Source: Mobula hypostoma (lineage: Eukaryota). From it: a DNA stretch of 64,000 nucleotides. Location: positions 239,818,001-239,882,000 of the forward strand of contig NC_086097.1 in the NCBI RefSeq assembly GCF_963921235.1, read 5' to 3'. The translations under genes were made by a program, and so were the position numbers. The number at the start of each line of letters is the position of its first letter. Position 1 is the stretch's first letter. The notes under the pieces were generated by a model. The model saw only the letters and a list, made by a program, of their open reading frames with translations. It had not been told where the DNA came from and ran no database searches. Shown here one piece after another: positions 1-12,052 of this stretch.

Positions 1-244
1 AACGCAGCAGGCCAGGCAGCATCTCTAGGAAGCCTTCTCTCCCACATCCAGTGTGCATCAGTCAAGGGGCATGAGTAAACCTCTATTCCATCTCCCTCTG
101 TCCTCACAGATTCAAAATTTAATAGTTAGTAGCAAAATGATCGTGTCCACCATTCTCAGAAAAGCGAAATAGGAATTCACATATTAACATATTGAAACTA
201 ACTGAGATCCAGCAGACTTCACAGTAAGACTTTTGATCTATGTT

Positions 245-545
245 GAGATAAAGTTTCCTGTATTGTGGGAGTCTAGGACCAGAGGGCACAGCCTCAGAGT
301 ACCAAGAATGCCCCTCAGGGTGGCAAATCTGTGGAATTCATTGCCACACATGGCTTTGCAGGCCAAATCATTGGATATGTTTAAACCAGAGGTTGATAGG
401 TTTCTGATTAGTAAGGTGTCAAAGGTTTTATGGAGAAGGCAGGAGAATGGGATGGAGAGGGATAATAAGTCAGCAATGATGAAATGACAGAGCAGATTCA
501 ATGGGTAAAATGGCCTATTTCTGCCCATATGTATTAAGGTCTTAA
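245..545 (+). mobile_element. CR1 LINE 3' fragment
   Basis: ORF 233..487 encodes the CR1 ORF2 C-terminus (SRTRGHSLR...NLWNSLP), followed by a CR1-type 3' UTR. Confidence 0.85.
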
Positions 546-703
546 CTGTCAAAAGTCTTTGTGTCTCCTTTTTACTTTACCTTTTGCAGTCTCTGCAGAA
601 CAGATAACTGGCCTACTCTTCAGCAAGAAGGAAACTGCAGCTTATCACAATTCGGTGCTTCAATTCCTGAAAATCCTGACAACTCTTCAATATTGTTTTA
701 ATA

Positions 704-1279
704 TGTAACACCCTGAGAAAGGTTTCACTGCTAAAGTAATGGTTTTTCTGTAGCAGCAGTGTTTGAGGTATGGCTAGAGGTAACGGGGGCTTTGGAATGT
801 GTGCCGCCCAATGAGGGGAGTGTTCTTTTCTTATTGTGTGCCCGAGACCAAGGTGATCTGGGCCTTTTATTCAGTGGAAGATGGAGAGAGAAGATGCCAG
901 AATGGAGTGGTCGTAGATACCAGAACGGAGTGGACTTGGAGTGGGGCCGGGAGTTGATGAAGCCTGGGGAAATCGATGGAGGACCCACGGAACCAAAATC
1001 GTGAGCTCCAATTGTGCACATTGGACTGCTCTTTAAAATGGGCCCTTTTCTTTTTGCTTTCCTTTCCTAACACATTAGCCAAATTAAGAATTATAATGCT
1101 AAATCGTTTGATTGCATATGGTGTACTGTCTGATATTTTGTGGTACTGATTTGTAACAGGGTGACACATCACACAGCATCCATACAAAAAGGAGGTTTTG
1201 CACTTCAATCTCATATGTTTGGTGGGGCCAGAGATTGTCTTCCCTAGACTTACTCAGCCAACAGAACCTGAGGGTTACA
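704..1279. mobile_element. Solo LTR (576 bp), probably Gypsy-type
   Basis: Starts TGTAAC and ends GTTACA (TG..CA with a short terminal inverted repeat). Flanked by a 4-bp direct repeat AATA (700-703, 1280-1283). No coding content. Confidence 0.8.
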
Positions 1280-1340
1280 AATACAATGAATAAAAGACTC
1301 AATATGCTTTCCTCAATCTATTTTCCATTTAAAAAGTAAA

Positions 1341-1547
1341 ATGAATTGTTTACCCTGCAAGTGGTTGAGGCAGGTTCGATGTTGTCATTTAAAGTTAAAT
1401 TGGATTGATACATGGACAGGAAAGGAATGGAGGGTTATGGGCTGAGTGCAGGTCGGTGGGACTAGGAGAGAGTAAGAGTTCGGCACGGACTAGAAGGGCC
1501 GAGATGGCCTGTTTCCATGCTGTAATTGTTATATGGTTATATGGTTA
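1341..1547 (+). mobile_element. CR1 LINE extreme 3' end
   Basis: Reads VVEAGSMLSFKVKLD..MDRKGMEGYG, then a 3' UTR ending in a (TTATATGG)n tail. CAAGT is repeated on both sides. Confidence 0.8.
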
Positions 1548-1987
1548 CAAGTCTGGAAGAAGTGGTGTCTTAGGATAATGCATCTGATCTCCATGAAGTT
1601 ACACCGTAAGTTTGGAATTTGCAAACATCCAGAGGTAATATATTTGCTATTGCTTGTACAGCTTCTTTCTAAATGAGATTGTCATGTATGAAAGAAAGAT
1701 GCTATGATAAAATTGCAGGAATTGCACAATAAATTAACTTGATGCTGTAAGTACTTTCTACATAAATACAGCATGTGAAAAGTATTATTATCTATGCCTG
1801 CCAAAAGCTTTGGCTATTTCTTAAGACTGCACAACCAAAAATTGCACACTTTCATGAAATTTTTTTGCCTATAATTTTACACTTTCAGATCTCTCCAATA
1901 ATTAAAATCTGAACAAACAAGACTCCAACTTTGTAAAGCTTGATTTTCAATGGCAACAAAGAAACATTCCAACAATCATAAAGACTT

Positions 1988-3055
1988 CATCATCATCACC
2001 ATCATTATTATGTGCTGTGTCATCATCATTATTACATGCTGTGTCATTAGATCAGATTATGAGGACACTCAGTCCTCGTTTAATTGTCACTTAGAAATGC
2101 ATGCATGCATTAAGAAATGATACAATGTTCCTCCGGAGTGATATCACAAAAAAAACAAGACAAACCAAAGACTAACACTAACAAGACCACTTAATTATAA
2201 CATATAGTTATAGCAGTACCGTAATTTGATAAAGAGCAGACCATGGGAACAGTAAAAAAAAGTCTCAAATTTCCGATTGACTCCCGAAAGCCCCCAATAG
2301 CAGGCAGCAGAAGGAGAAACTCTCTCTGCCATAAACCTCCAGGCACCAACAACTGTCGATGCATTGGAAGCACCCGACCACAGCTGACTCCGAAAACTTC
2401 GAGCCTCTGACCAGCCCTTCGACACCGAGCACCGAGCACCATCTCTGCCGAGCGCCTTGACCCCATCCCAGCTGCCGAGCAACAAGCAAAGCCGAGGATT
2501 CGGGGCTTTCCCCTCCGGAGATTCTGGATCACACAGTAAGAGCAGCAGCGAAAAAGGCATTTCAGAAGTTCCTCCAGATGTTCCTCCGTTCTCTCACGTC
2601 TGTCTCCATCAAATCAGGATTGTGCACGGCACCCTACTTGACAGATTACAGATGTCATTCATTCACCGGAGTGGCCGCGCAAGCTGTGTCGTGCCGCCAT
2701 CTTCTCCTCCTCCATCTTAATGTGGGTAATGACCATGATTGTTCTTGGCTAATTTATCAACAGAAGTGGTTTGTCATTGTCTTCCTCTGAGCAGTGTCTT
2801 TACCAAATGGGTGACACTAACCGCTATCAATACTCTTCAGAGATTGTCTGCCTGGCATCAATGGTCACATAACCAGGACTTGTGATACGCACCAGCTGTT
2901 CATACGGCCATCCACCACCTGCTCCCATGGCTTCGCATGACCCTAATTGGAGTTAGCCCCAAATGCTGCACCTTGCTCAAGGGTGATTTGCACGTTAGCG
3001 GAAGGAAGGAGTACCTTACACCTCCTTTGGTAGAGAGATATCTCCACCCCGCCAT
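1988..3055 (-). mobile_element. RTE-related SINE-like repeat, interrupted by the 2048-2715 element
   Basis: (CAT)n tail at 1988-2030. The continuation at 2720-3055 has the RTE/Bov-B-like 3' motif cagaagtggtttgtcattgtcttc. Confidence 0.5.
2048..2715 (-). mobile_element. Non-autonomous retroelement (AAGATGGCGG 5' end, ATAATCT-type tail)
   Basis: Colinear with the copy at 14772-15320. The tail also recurs at 8955-9028. On the minus strand the 5' end reads AAGATGGCGGC. No long ORF. Confidence 0.7.
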
Positions 3056-3904
3056 TTAGAATTACAATATCTAAAAAGACATCAGTACATAAAGGTTCTT
3101 AATTGTATCAGACAAGTGTAATTTGCATGTATAAATTAAATGTATCAATTTTTAGTTGCTGAAGAGACTTCAGTGTGAAACTAGCACTGCACAAGCTTGC
3201 CAACAGACAAGATAAGTTCCTGATTTCCACAGTTAATTAAATCAAGGTTCAAAGTTTAAAGTAAATTTATAGTCAAGGTATCCATATGTCCCCAAATACT
3301 ACACTGAGATGTCCAGCATCCAGAACACCTTGAAGGAGCAATGCCTCAAAAAGGTGGTATCAATCATTAAGGACCCCCATCAACCTGGACATTTCCTCGT
3401 CTCAGTGCTACCATCAGGGAGGATGTGCAGGAGCCAATGATTCAGGAACAGCTTCTTCCCATCTGCCATCGGGTTACTGAATGGACACTGCTGATCTAAT
3501 TTAACTTATTATTATCAAGGTATATCATCAAATAGTACATTGTTTGTCAAAGACCGACAAGTAATGTTCGTGCAAAACAAGACAATGCCAGGTAAGTATG
3601 TCCATGAAATTTTAACAACTCTTACCCTCATATTTATTAAACCACAAACATTCACCCACTATAAAATAATTTGGATCAAGCAACACATTGAACACCATTC
3701 ATTTTTTCAACAATACCCTGGTCTTGAGTGATAATTCGCATTTGAATGTAATTGATATGGTGTTTTCAGTTACAGGTACAGGTGGAGTGCAGAGAATGGG
3801 AGTTAACTGCAGAGAGTGTGGCATTATATTGAAGATTCACATCCTGTAGACTGATAGATGAGGATGTTCCACAGCACAGAAAAACAGAGAATGTCCTTTC
3901 CTTT

Positions 3905-4120
3905 GCAAACACTTGATGTATGATGTTCTCCAAAAGGGTTGTCTATTGGTGGGTCCTCAGGAGGTTGTAGAGGCCGATCTGGGATCCACATATTCTTGTG
4001 CAGATTGGGCAAGAGTAAACGGTGGCTGTGGTTTGATGTGTTGCTTTGTTTCTGACCACTTTCTACTCCCTCTGGGCGTAGTCATCCAGTCATGAGGATT
4101 TGCAGCAGACTATTTTTAGG
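3905..4120 (-). mobile_element. RTE-clade LINE 3' end
   Basis: Minus strand translates SCPICTRICGSQIGLYNLLRTHQ*, matching the RTE C-terminal CxxC..IGLxxH motif. Confidence 0.6.
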
Positions 4121-4464
4121 GTAAATTTTCCAGTACCTTCCTCGGATGGCGTGAGCAGAGAGGATCTTAATTAGGGCTGCTCAGCCATGCTGAAGGGCTT
4201 TTTCTGTCTCAGTGCAAGAGCCTAGTGACTGACTCCAACCCACCGCCAATTGTACCAGCTTGTGGCTAGGGGCTTCCAGTCCTCATGATCCTGCCCCCTT
4301 ATTTGCTGATACAGGACGTTACAGTGGATCTTTTTAGTGGAGAGTGCCTGTGTATGACTTTGTCTAATGCAGGGAGGCTGATGCATGAGCAGCTACCACA
4401 CAATCATTGACAGGTCGAGGTCAGAGCCCAGGGGCATGGAATACAAGACAATGGAGACCCTTCA

Positions 4465-6380
4465 GAATCAGGTTTAATATCACCGGCATATGTCATAAAA
4501 TTTGTTAACTTAGCAGCAGCAGTACATGATAAAATAGGAAAAAAATCAATTGCAGAAATAGAAATAAAAAAAGGTGAGGTATCATTTGTGGGTTTAGTGT
4601 CCATTTAATATCAGATGGCAAAGGTGACGAAGCTGTTCCTGAATCACGCAGTGTGTGCCTTCAGGCTTCTGTACCTCCTTCCTGATGGTAACAGTGAGAA
4701 GAGGGCATGTCCTGGGTGATGGGGGTCCTCAGTAATGGACGACACCTTTCTGAGACACCGCTCCTTGAAGATGTCTTGGATACTGCAGAACCTAGTACCC
4801 AAGATGGAGCTGACTAATTTTACAATTTTCTGTAGCTTCTTTTAATCCTGTGCAGTAGCCCCAACACCCCTGTGCCAGACAGTGTTGCAGCCTGTAAGAA
4901 TGCTCGTAAGAGTTTTCGAATGTTTTAGGTGACAAACCAGATCTTCTCAAACTCCTAATAAAATATCAGCGCTGTCTTGCATACTTTATAGCTGCATCGA
5001 TATGGTGGGACCAGGTTAGATCCTCAGAGATCTTGACAGCAAGGAACTTCAAATTGCTCCCTCTCTCCACTTCTGATTTCTCTATGAGGATTGGTTCATG
5101 TTCCTTCATCTTACCCTTCCTGAAGTCCACAATCAACTCTTTAGTCTTAGTGACATTGAGTGCAAAGTGGTTGCTGCAACACCACTCAATTCATCGCTCA
5201 CCTATGTACTCTCGTCTTCATCTGACCCCAGTTGTTTACAATATACATTAATGACTTAGATGAGGGAATTAAATGCAGCATCTCTAAGTTTGTGGATGAC
5301 ACGAAGCTGGGCGGCAGTGTTAGCTGTGAGGAGGATGCTAAGAGGATGCGGGATGACTTGGATAGGTTAGGTGAGTGGGCAAATTCATGGCAGATGCAAT
5401 TTAATGTGGATAAATGTGAAGTTATCCACTTTGGTGGCAAAAACAGGAAAACAGATTATTATCTGAATGGTGGCCGATTAGGAAAAGGGGAGGTGCAATG
5501 AGACCTGGGTGTCATTATACACCAGTCATTGAAAGTGGGCATGCAGGTACAGCAGGCGGTGAAAAAGGCGAATGGTATGCTGGCATTTATAGCGAGAGGA
5601 TTCGAGTACAGGAGCAGGGAGGTACTACTGCAGTTGTACAAGGCCTTGGTGAGACCACACCTGAGGTATTGTGTGCAGTTTTGGTCCCCTAATCTGAGGA
5701 AAGACATCCTTGCTATAGAGGGAGTACAAAGAAGTTTCACCAGATTGATTCCTGGGATGGCAGGACTTTCATATGATGAAAGACTGGATCGACTAGGCTT
5801 ATACTCGTTGGAATTTAGAAGATTGAGGGGGGATCTTATTGAAACGTAAAAAATCCTAAAGGGATTGGACAGGCTAGATGCAGGAAGATTGTTCCTGATG
5901 TTGGGGAAGTCCAGAACGAGGGGTCACAGTTTGAGGATAAAGGGGAAGCCTTTTAGGACCGAGATTAGGAAAAACTTCTTCACACAGAGAGTGGTGAATC
6001 TGTGGAATTCTCTGCCACAGGAAAACAGTTGAGGCCAGTTCATTGGCTATATTTAAGAGGGAGTTAGATATGGCCTTTGTGGCTAAAGGTATCAGCGGGT
6101 ATGGAGGGAAGGCTGGTACAGGGTTCTGAGTTGGATGATCAGCCATGATCATACTGAATGGTGGTGCAGGCTCGAAGGACCAAATGGCCTACTCCTGCAC
6201 CTATTTTCTATGTTTCTATGTTTCAATGGATGTATCATCAGCAAATTTATATTTATATAAATTCAAATTTATATAGCATTTGAGCTATACCTAGACACAG
6301 ATTCAAGGGTATAGAGAGAATAGGGCAGTGGGCCAAGCAGACATCCCTGAAGTGCTTCAGTGTTGATTGTCAGCGAGCTG
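4465..6380 (-). mobile_element. Old Rex1/Babar-like LINE fragment, split by the CR1 at 5224-6224
   Basis: Minus strand has NVTKTKELIVDFRK near 5120-5160, an AT-rich 3' UTR at 4465-4610, and an RT continuation at 6225-6380. Confidence 0.65.
5224..6224 (+). mobile_element. CR1 LINE, 5'-truncated, young subfamily A
   Basis: RT motifs FTIYINDL, KFVDDTKL and QFNVDKC, with a (TTTCTATG)n tail. Near-identical to 21607-22637 and 59716-60557. Confidence 0.95.
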
Positions 6381-7035
6381 AAGATATTGCTGCTGCAGAC
6401 TTCTGCTGATTTTCACCTTGTTGCAATGGAGAAGCTTATGAGTTCCTGAGATCGCAAGAGTGATCTGTCTGGAGTTTAGCCATCTGCAACTTACTCCTTG
6501 TAGGGCTACCTGTGTCAGTAAGTTCAAGAGGGAGGTTCCATACAAAAAGAGCGAACCAACCAAGACCTCAGCGGTGAAGCTGGCAGAAGATGATGACATT
6601 GAACGTAAAACATTTAAGCACAGTACAGGCTCTTTGGCCAATGATGTTGTGCAGACCTTTCAAACTAACCCTTCTCTCCCATATAACCTTGCATTTTCCT
6701 AACATTCAGGTGCAATTCTAAATGTCTGTCTCTTAAATGTCTGTAATGTATCTGCTTCTGCCACTGCCCCTGGCAGCACATTCCATGCATAAAAATATAT
6801 CTCTGACTTCCCCTTAAAATAATTTGAAAATTATGCGCTCTCATATGAGCCATTTCTTCCCTCAGAAAAATTCTCTGTCTATCCACTTGATCTATACTCT
6901 TATCATCTTGTGCATTTCTATCAAATCACCTCTCTTCCTCTTTCACTTCAAAAAGAAAAGTCCTAATGTTCTCAAACATTCCTTATGAGAACTAATCTTT
7001 AATCCAGGCAGCATCCTCCTAAATCTAAATCCAGG

Positions 7036-8920
7036 CTAGCAGGAAGGAGCTTAAGAAAGAATTTAGGAGAGCCAGAAGGGGCCACGAGAAGGCCTTGGCA
7101 GACAGGATTAAAGAAACCCTAAGGCATTCTACAGGTATGTGAAGAGCAAGAGGATAAGACGTTAGAGAATAGGACCAATCAAATGTGACAGTGGAAAAGT
7201 GAGTATGGAACTGGAGGAGATAGCAGAGGTACTTAACGAGTACTTCGCTTCAGTATTCACTACAGAAAAGGATCTTGGCGATTGTAGGGAGGACTTACAG
7301 TGGACTAAAAAGTTTGAGCATGTAGATATTAAGGAAGAGGATGTGTTGGAGCTTTTAGAAAGCATCAAGTTGGATAAGTCACTGGGACCGGACGAGATGT
7401 GCCCCAGGCTACTGTGTGAGGCGAGGGTAGAGATTGCTGAGATTCTGGCGATGAACTTTGCATCATCAATGGGGACGGGAGAGATTGCAAAGGATTGGAG
7501 GGTTGCGGATGTTGTTCCCTTATTCAAGAAAGGGAGTAAGGATAGCCCAGGAAATTATAGACCAGTGAGTCTTACTTCAGTGATAGAGAAGATCCTGAGA
7601 GAAAGGATTTATAAATATTTGGAGAGGAATAATATGATAAGGAATAGTCAACATGGCTTTGTGAAAGGCAGGTCATGCCTTACGAGCCTGGTTAAATTGT
7701 TTGAGGATGTGACTAAACACATTGATGAAGATAGAGCAGTAGATGTAGTGTATATGGATTTCAGCAAGGCATTTGACAAGGTACCCATGCAAGTATTATT
7801 GAGAAAGTAAGAAGGCATGCGATCCAAGGGGACATTGCTTTGTTGGTCCAGAACTGACTTGTCCACAAAAGGCAGAGTGGTTGTAGGCAGGTCATATTCT
7901 GCATGGAGGTTGGTGACCAGTGGTGTGACTCAGGGATCTGTTCTGGGACCCCTACTCTCCGTGAATTTTATAAATGACCTGGATGAAGAAGTGGAGTAAA
8001 TTTGCTGATGACACAAAGGTTGGACGTGTTGTAGATAGTGTGGAGGGCTATCAGAGGTCACAGCGGGACATTGATAGGATGCAAATCTGTGCTGAGAAGT
8101 GGCAGATGGAGTTTAACCCAGATAAGTGTGAGGTGGTTCATTTTGGTAGGTCAAATATGATGACGGAATATAGTATTAATGGCAAAACTCTTGGCAATGT
8201 GGAGGATCAGGGGGATCTTGAGGTCTGAGTCCACAGGACACTCAAAGCTGCTGCACAGGTTGACTCTGTGGTTAAGAAGGCATATGGTGCATTGGCCTTC
8301 ATCAATTGAGGGATGGAGTTTAGGAGCCAAGAGGTAATGTTGCAACTATATAAGACCCTGGCCAGACCCAACCTGGAGTACTGTGCTCAGTTCTGGTCGC
8401 CTCACTACAGGAAAGATGTGGAAACCATAGAAAGGGTGCAGAGGAGATTTACAAGGATGTTGCCTGGATTGAGGAGCATGCCTTATAAGAATAGGTTGAG
8501 TCAACTTGGTCTTTTCTCCTTGGAGCAATGGAGGATGAGAGGTGACCTGACAGAGGTGTATAAGATGATGAGAGGCATTGATCGTGCAGATAGTCAGAGG
8601 CTTTTCTCCAGGGCTGAAATGGTTAGCATGAGAGGGCACAGTTTTAAGGCACTTGGAAGCAGGTACAGAGGAGATGTCGGGGGTAAGTTGTTTTATTTTT
8701 TTTTTAAACGCAGAGAGTGGTGAGTACGTGGAATGGGCTGCTGGTGACGGTGGTGGAGGTGGATACGATAGATTCTTTTCAGAGCCTCCTTGATAGGTAC
8801 ATGGAGCTTAGAAAAATAGAGTTTTATGGGTAATCCTAGGTAATTTCTGAGGTAAAGACATGTTTGGCACAGCTTTGTGGGCCGAAATGCCTGTACTGTG
8901 CTGTAGATTTTTTATGTTTC
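7036..8920 (+). mobile_element. CR1 LINE ORF2 (RT) with frameshifts and 3' UTR
   Basis: ORFs 7199-8723 contain PGNYRPVSLTS, QHGF, YMDFSKAFDKVP, QGSVLGP and KFADDTK. Confidence 0.95.
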
Positions 8921-8959
8921 TGTGTTAAATATTGTGTTAAATATTGTGTTAAATATTGT
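8921..8959. repeat. Tandem 12-mer (TGTGTTAAATAT)x3
   Basis: Directly visible at the junction between a CR1 tail and a non-autonomous element tail. Confidence 0.9.
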
Positions 8960-10024
8960 ATCACTTCTTAATGCATGCATTACTAAATGACAATAAAAGA
9001 GGACTGCATGTCTTCATAATCTAAATCTTCACTGTTCATTAGCCTTCCACATCTTTACTAATAATGAGGTGACTAGAACTGAACAAAATACTTCAAGTTT
9101 GGTCTTTATAGAGCTGCAACATCACCTCACTGCTCTTGAACTCAGTTTCCCTGAAGGCCAACACACCATATGCTTTCTTAACTACCCTCTCAACTTGTAA
9201 GGCAAGTTTGAGGGATCTATAGACGTGAACCCCCATGATCCTTCCACACTGCTAACAATCCTGCCTTTAACACTATTCTTCCTTAAAGTTGGACCTTCCA
9301 AAGTATATCACTTCACACTTTTTCTGGATTGAGCTCCATCTGCCACTTCTCAGCACAGCTCTGCATCTTGTCAATGGCCTGCTTTAACCTACAGTAACTC
9401 TCTACCCTATCCACAGCACCATCAATCTTCATGTTATCAGAAATAGGGCATTTTACCTCTCCCTCTTCCTTTGGACTCACAGCTGGGTCCAGACACATCT
9501 TGTTAGCTGCAATGTTTCTGGTCTATTTATTGAGAATGGATTCTGAATCCTAATTTGAAGTCTAAAGTCATACAAAAATGTTTTGACTGATAGTAATTTA
9601 TGTTTTAAAATAATTTAACACTTAATTTTCTTTTTTTTAATAATTTCTTCTGGAACTTACTATTTTTCCAGCTCTTTTCAAATGTCCCTGATGATCTTTG
9701 GAAAGAGTTAAAAACATTTTTTTTTTCAGCTTAAGCAGTCAGAAGACTGTTGGGGCAGTCCACAGTTGAGAACATACTGTAGTTTCCAACGCCTGTGGCC
9801 ATTTCTGCTGCATGCAACCAACTGTATCTTGTGGTTGAAACGTAGGAATTGTGCTGTTGCATGCAGGGTGCATCCGGAGATTATTAAATGCAGCCTTGGG
9901 TCAGTGTATCTCTTCTTTATTTAGTGAGGTGCAGGAGACGGGAACGTTCAATTAAACCATCGCTTGAAAATAAATGAAGTAGCTTTTCTTTAGAACCACA
10001 CATTCCGTCCATGTTACATAGACA

Positions 10025-10990
10025 ATGAGACATAGGGGCAGAATTAGGCCATTCGACCATTGAGCCTGTTATGCCATTTCACATTGCCTGATTTATATCC
10101 CTCTCAACCCCATTTTCCTGCCTTTTCCCCGTAACAACCTTACTAATCAAGAATCTATCAAATTGTGCTGTAAACTTACCCAATGGCTTGGCCTCGACTG
10201 CTGTCTCTGGCAATGAATTCCGTTGATTCACCTCTCTCTGCCGAAAGAAATTCCTCCTCACCTCTTCTCTGAAGGGACATCCTTATATACTGAGGCTGTG
10301 CCCTCTGGTCCTAGAGTCCCTCCACTATAGGAAACACCCACTCTATCTAGGTTGTTCAATATTCAAAAGGTTTCAATGAGATCTCCCCTCATTCTTCTAT
10401 GCTCCAGGAGTACAGGCCCAGAGCCATCAAACACTCCTCAAACATAACCCTTTTATTTTCAGAATCATTCCTGTGAACATCCTGTGGATTCTCTCCAATG
10501 CCAGCACAACTTTTCTTAGGTAAGGAGCTCAAAATTGCTCACAATACTTTGTGTGGTCTGACTAAGGTCTTATAAAGCCTCAGCACCACATCCTTGCTCT
10601 TATATTCTAGTGCTCTTGAGATGAATGATAACATAGTATTTGCCTTCCTTACCACCAACTTAACCTGCAATTTAAACTTTTGGTAATCGTGCACAAGGAC
10701 TCTTAAGTCTCTTTGTACCTCTGATTTCCCATTTAGAAAACAGTCTACACCTTTATTCCATTTTGTATACCTCCATCAAATTCCCCCTCATTTACCTATA
10801 CTCTGGGGAAAAACATCCTAACCTAGTCACTCTTTTCGTGTAACTCAGGTCCTCAAGTCCCAGCAACATACTTGTACATTTTCTTTGTACTCTTTCAGTC
10901 TTACTGATATCTTTCCTGTGGGTTGGTGACCAGAACTACACACAATACTCCAAATTAGGCCTCAGCAACGTCTTATGCAACATCAACAGA
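10025..10990 (-). mobile_element. CR1 3' fragments (two joined pieces)
   Basis: ORF 10079..10261 (RRNFFRQREVNQRNSLPE) plus decayed EYCVQFW-type motifs on the minus strand. Confidence 0.8.
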
Positions 10991-11719
10991 GCATCTCATC
11001 CAGCCTCATTTCCTTCCTACCTCACTGCCCAGTATCCAACCCAATGAGTGACACCAGAATGTCTTGCTTCTCCACCTCCCCAATTCTGAGACACCAACCA
11101 CTCTTACTGACTGCCCACAATCTGGCTGATACAAATCCCAACACTGCCATTGATCACCAGTATCTGACTCTCATCCTGACTCCACTTCTAGTTCCTGATG
11201 CATCCTTGATTGTCTGCCTTGTCTCTCTCTCTCCTCTGCAACCCCTTTATATACTGCACATCATTCACAGGAAAAACTTTTTACCACATCAGGCCTACTC
11301 AACAGAGCTGGCCATCTTTGCCTAGCCCAGAGGAACTATTAGCTTACAGACAGAGAGTCTGTAATCAAGACACCCATGAATGTGACAACCCATGAGCAGT
11401 TCAATATATACAAGTGCCAATTATTATTTTATTGCCAATTCTAGTAAATAATTACTGACCTCAAACACCAACTGAGTTTCCCTCCAAATGCTGCTTGATC
11501 TGCAGAATATTTCCATCATTTCCTCTTTTGATTTGAGAGGAATAGGAGCCAAATCAGTGTTAATATCAGTTAACAGTGCTAACAATCAGCAGGTTGCCGT
11601 ATCCTTTTAGCGAGACAGTGTTCAGTGAAACCTTGTTGTAAAGTTGCCTACTTATTTGGGAACCTAGTTTATGCTGTTGAGAAGTGATGCAGCCCCCTTA
11701 AGGAGAATTTCCTGAAGAA

Positions 11720-12052
11720 AGGCATTGATCATGTGGATAGTCAGAAGCCTTTTCCCAGGGCTGAAATGGTTGCCACAAGAGGACACAGGTTTAAGGTGCT
11801 GGGGAGTAGGTACAGAGGAGATATCAGGGGTAAGTTTTTTACTCAGAGAGTGGTGAGTGTGTGATATGGGCTACCGGCAACAGTGGTGGAGGCGGATACG
11901 ATAGGGCCTTTTAAGAGACTTTTGGATAGGTACATGGAGCTTAGTGAAATAGAGGGCTATAGGTAAGCCTAGTAATTTCTAATGTAGGGACATGTTTGGT
12001 ACAACTTTGTGGGCTGAAGGGCCTGTATTGTGCTGTAGGTTTTCTATGTTCT
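11720..12052 (+). mobile_element. CR1 3' end
   Basis: Colinear with 8574-8920 (ggcattgatc...ttttctatgttcta). Confidence 0.85.

Larger units (their letters stand above)
6630..9440 (-). mobile_element. Degenerate CR1 (minus), split by the plus-strand CR1 at 7036-8920
   Basis: Minus-strand CR1 3' remnants at 6630-7035 continue at 9030-9440 (ORF 9313..9498: KMQSCAEKWQMELNPEK). Confidence 0.65.

Noticed and set aside
581..667. Minus-strand exon with donor AAG|GTAAAG, possibly with an in-frame TGA (selenocysteine)
   Set aside because: All three frames from the obvious acceptor contain stops. There is no recognisable protein or SECIS support.
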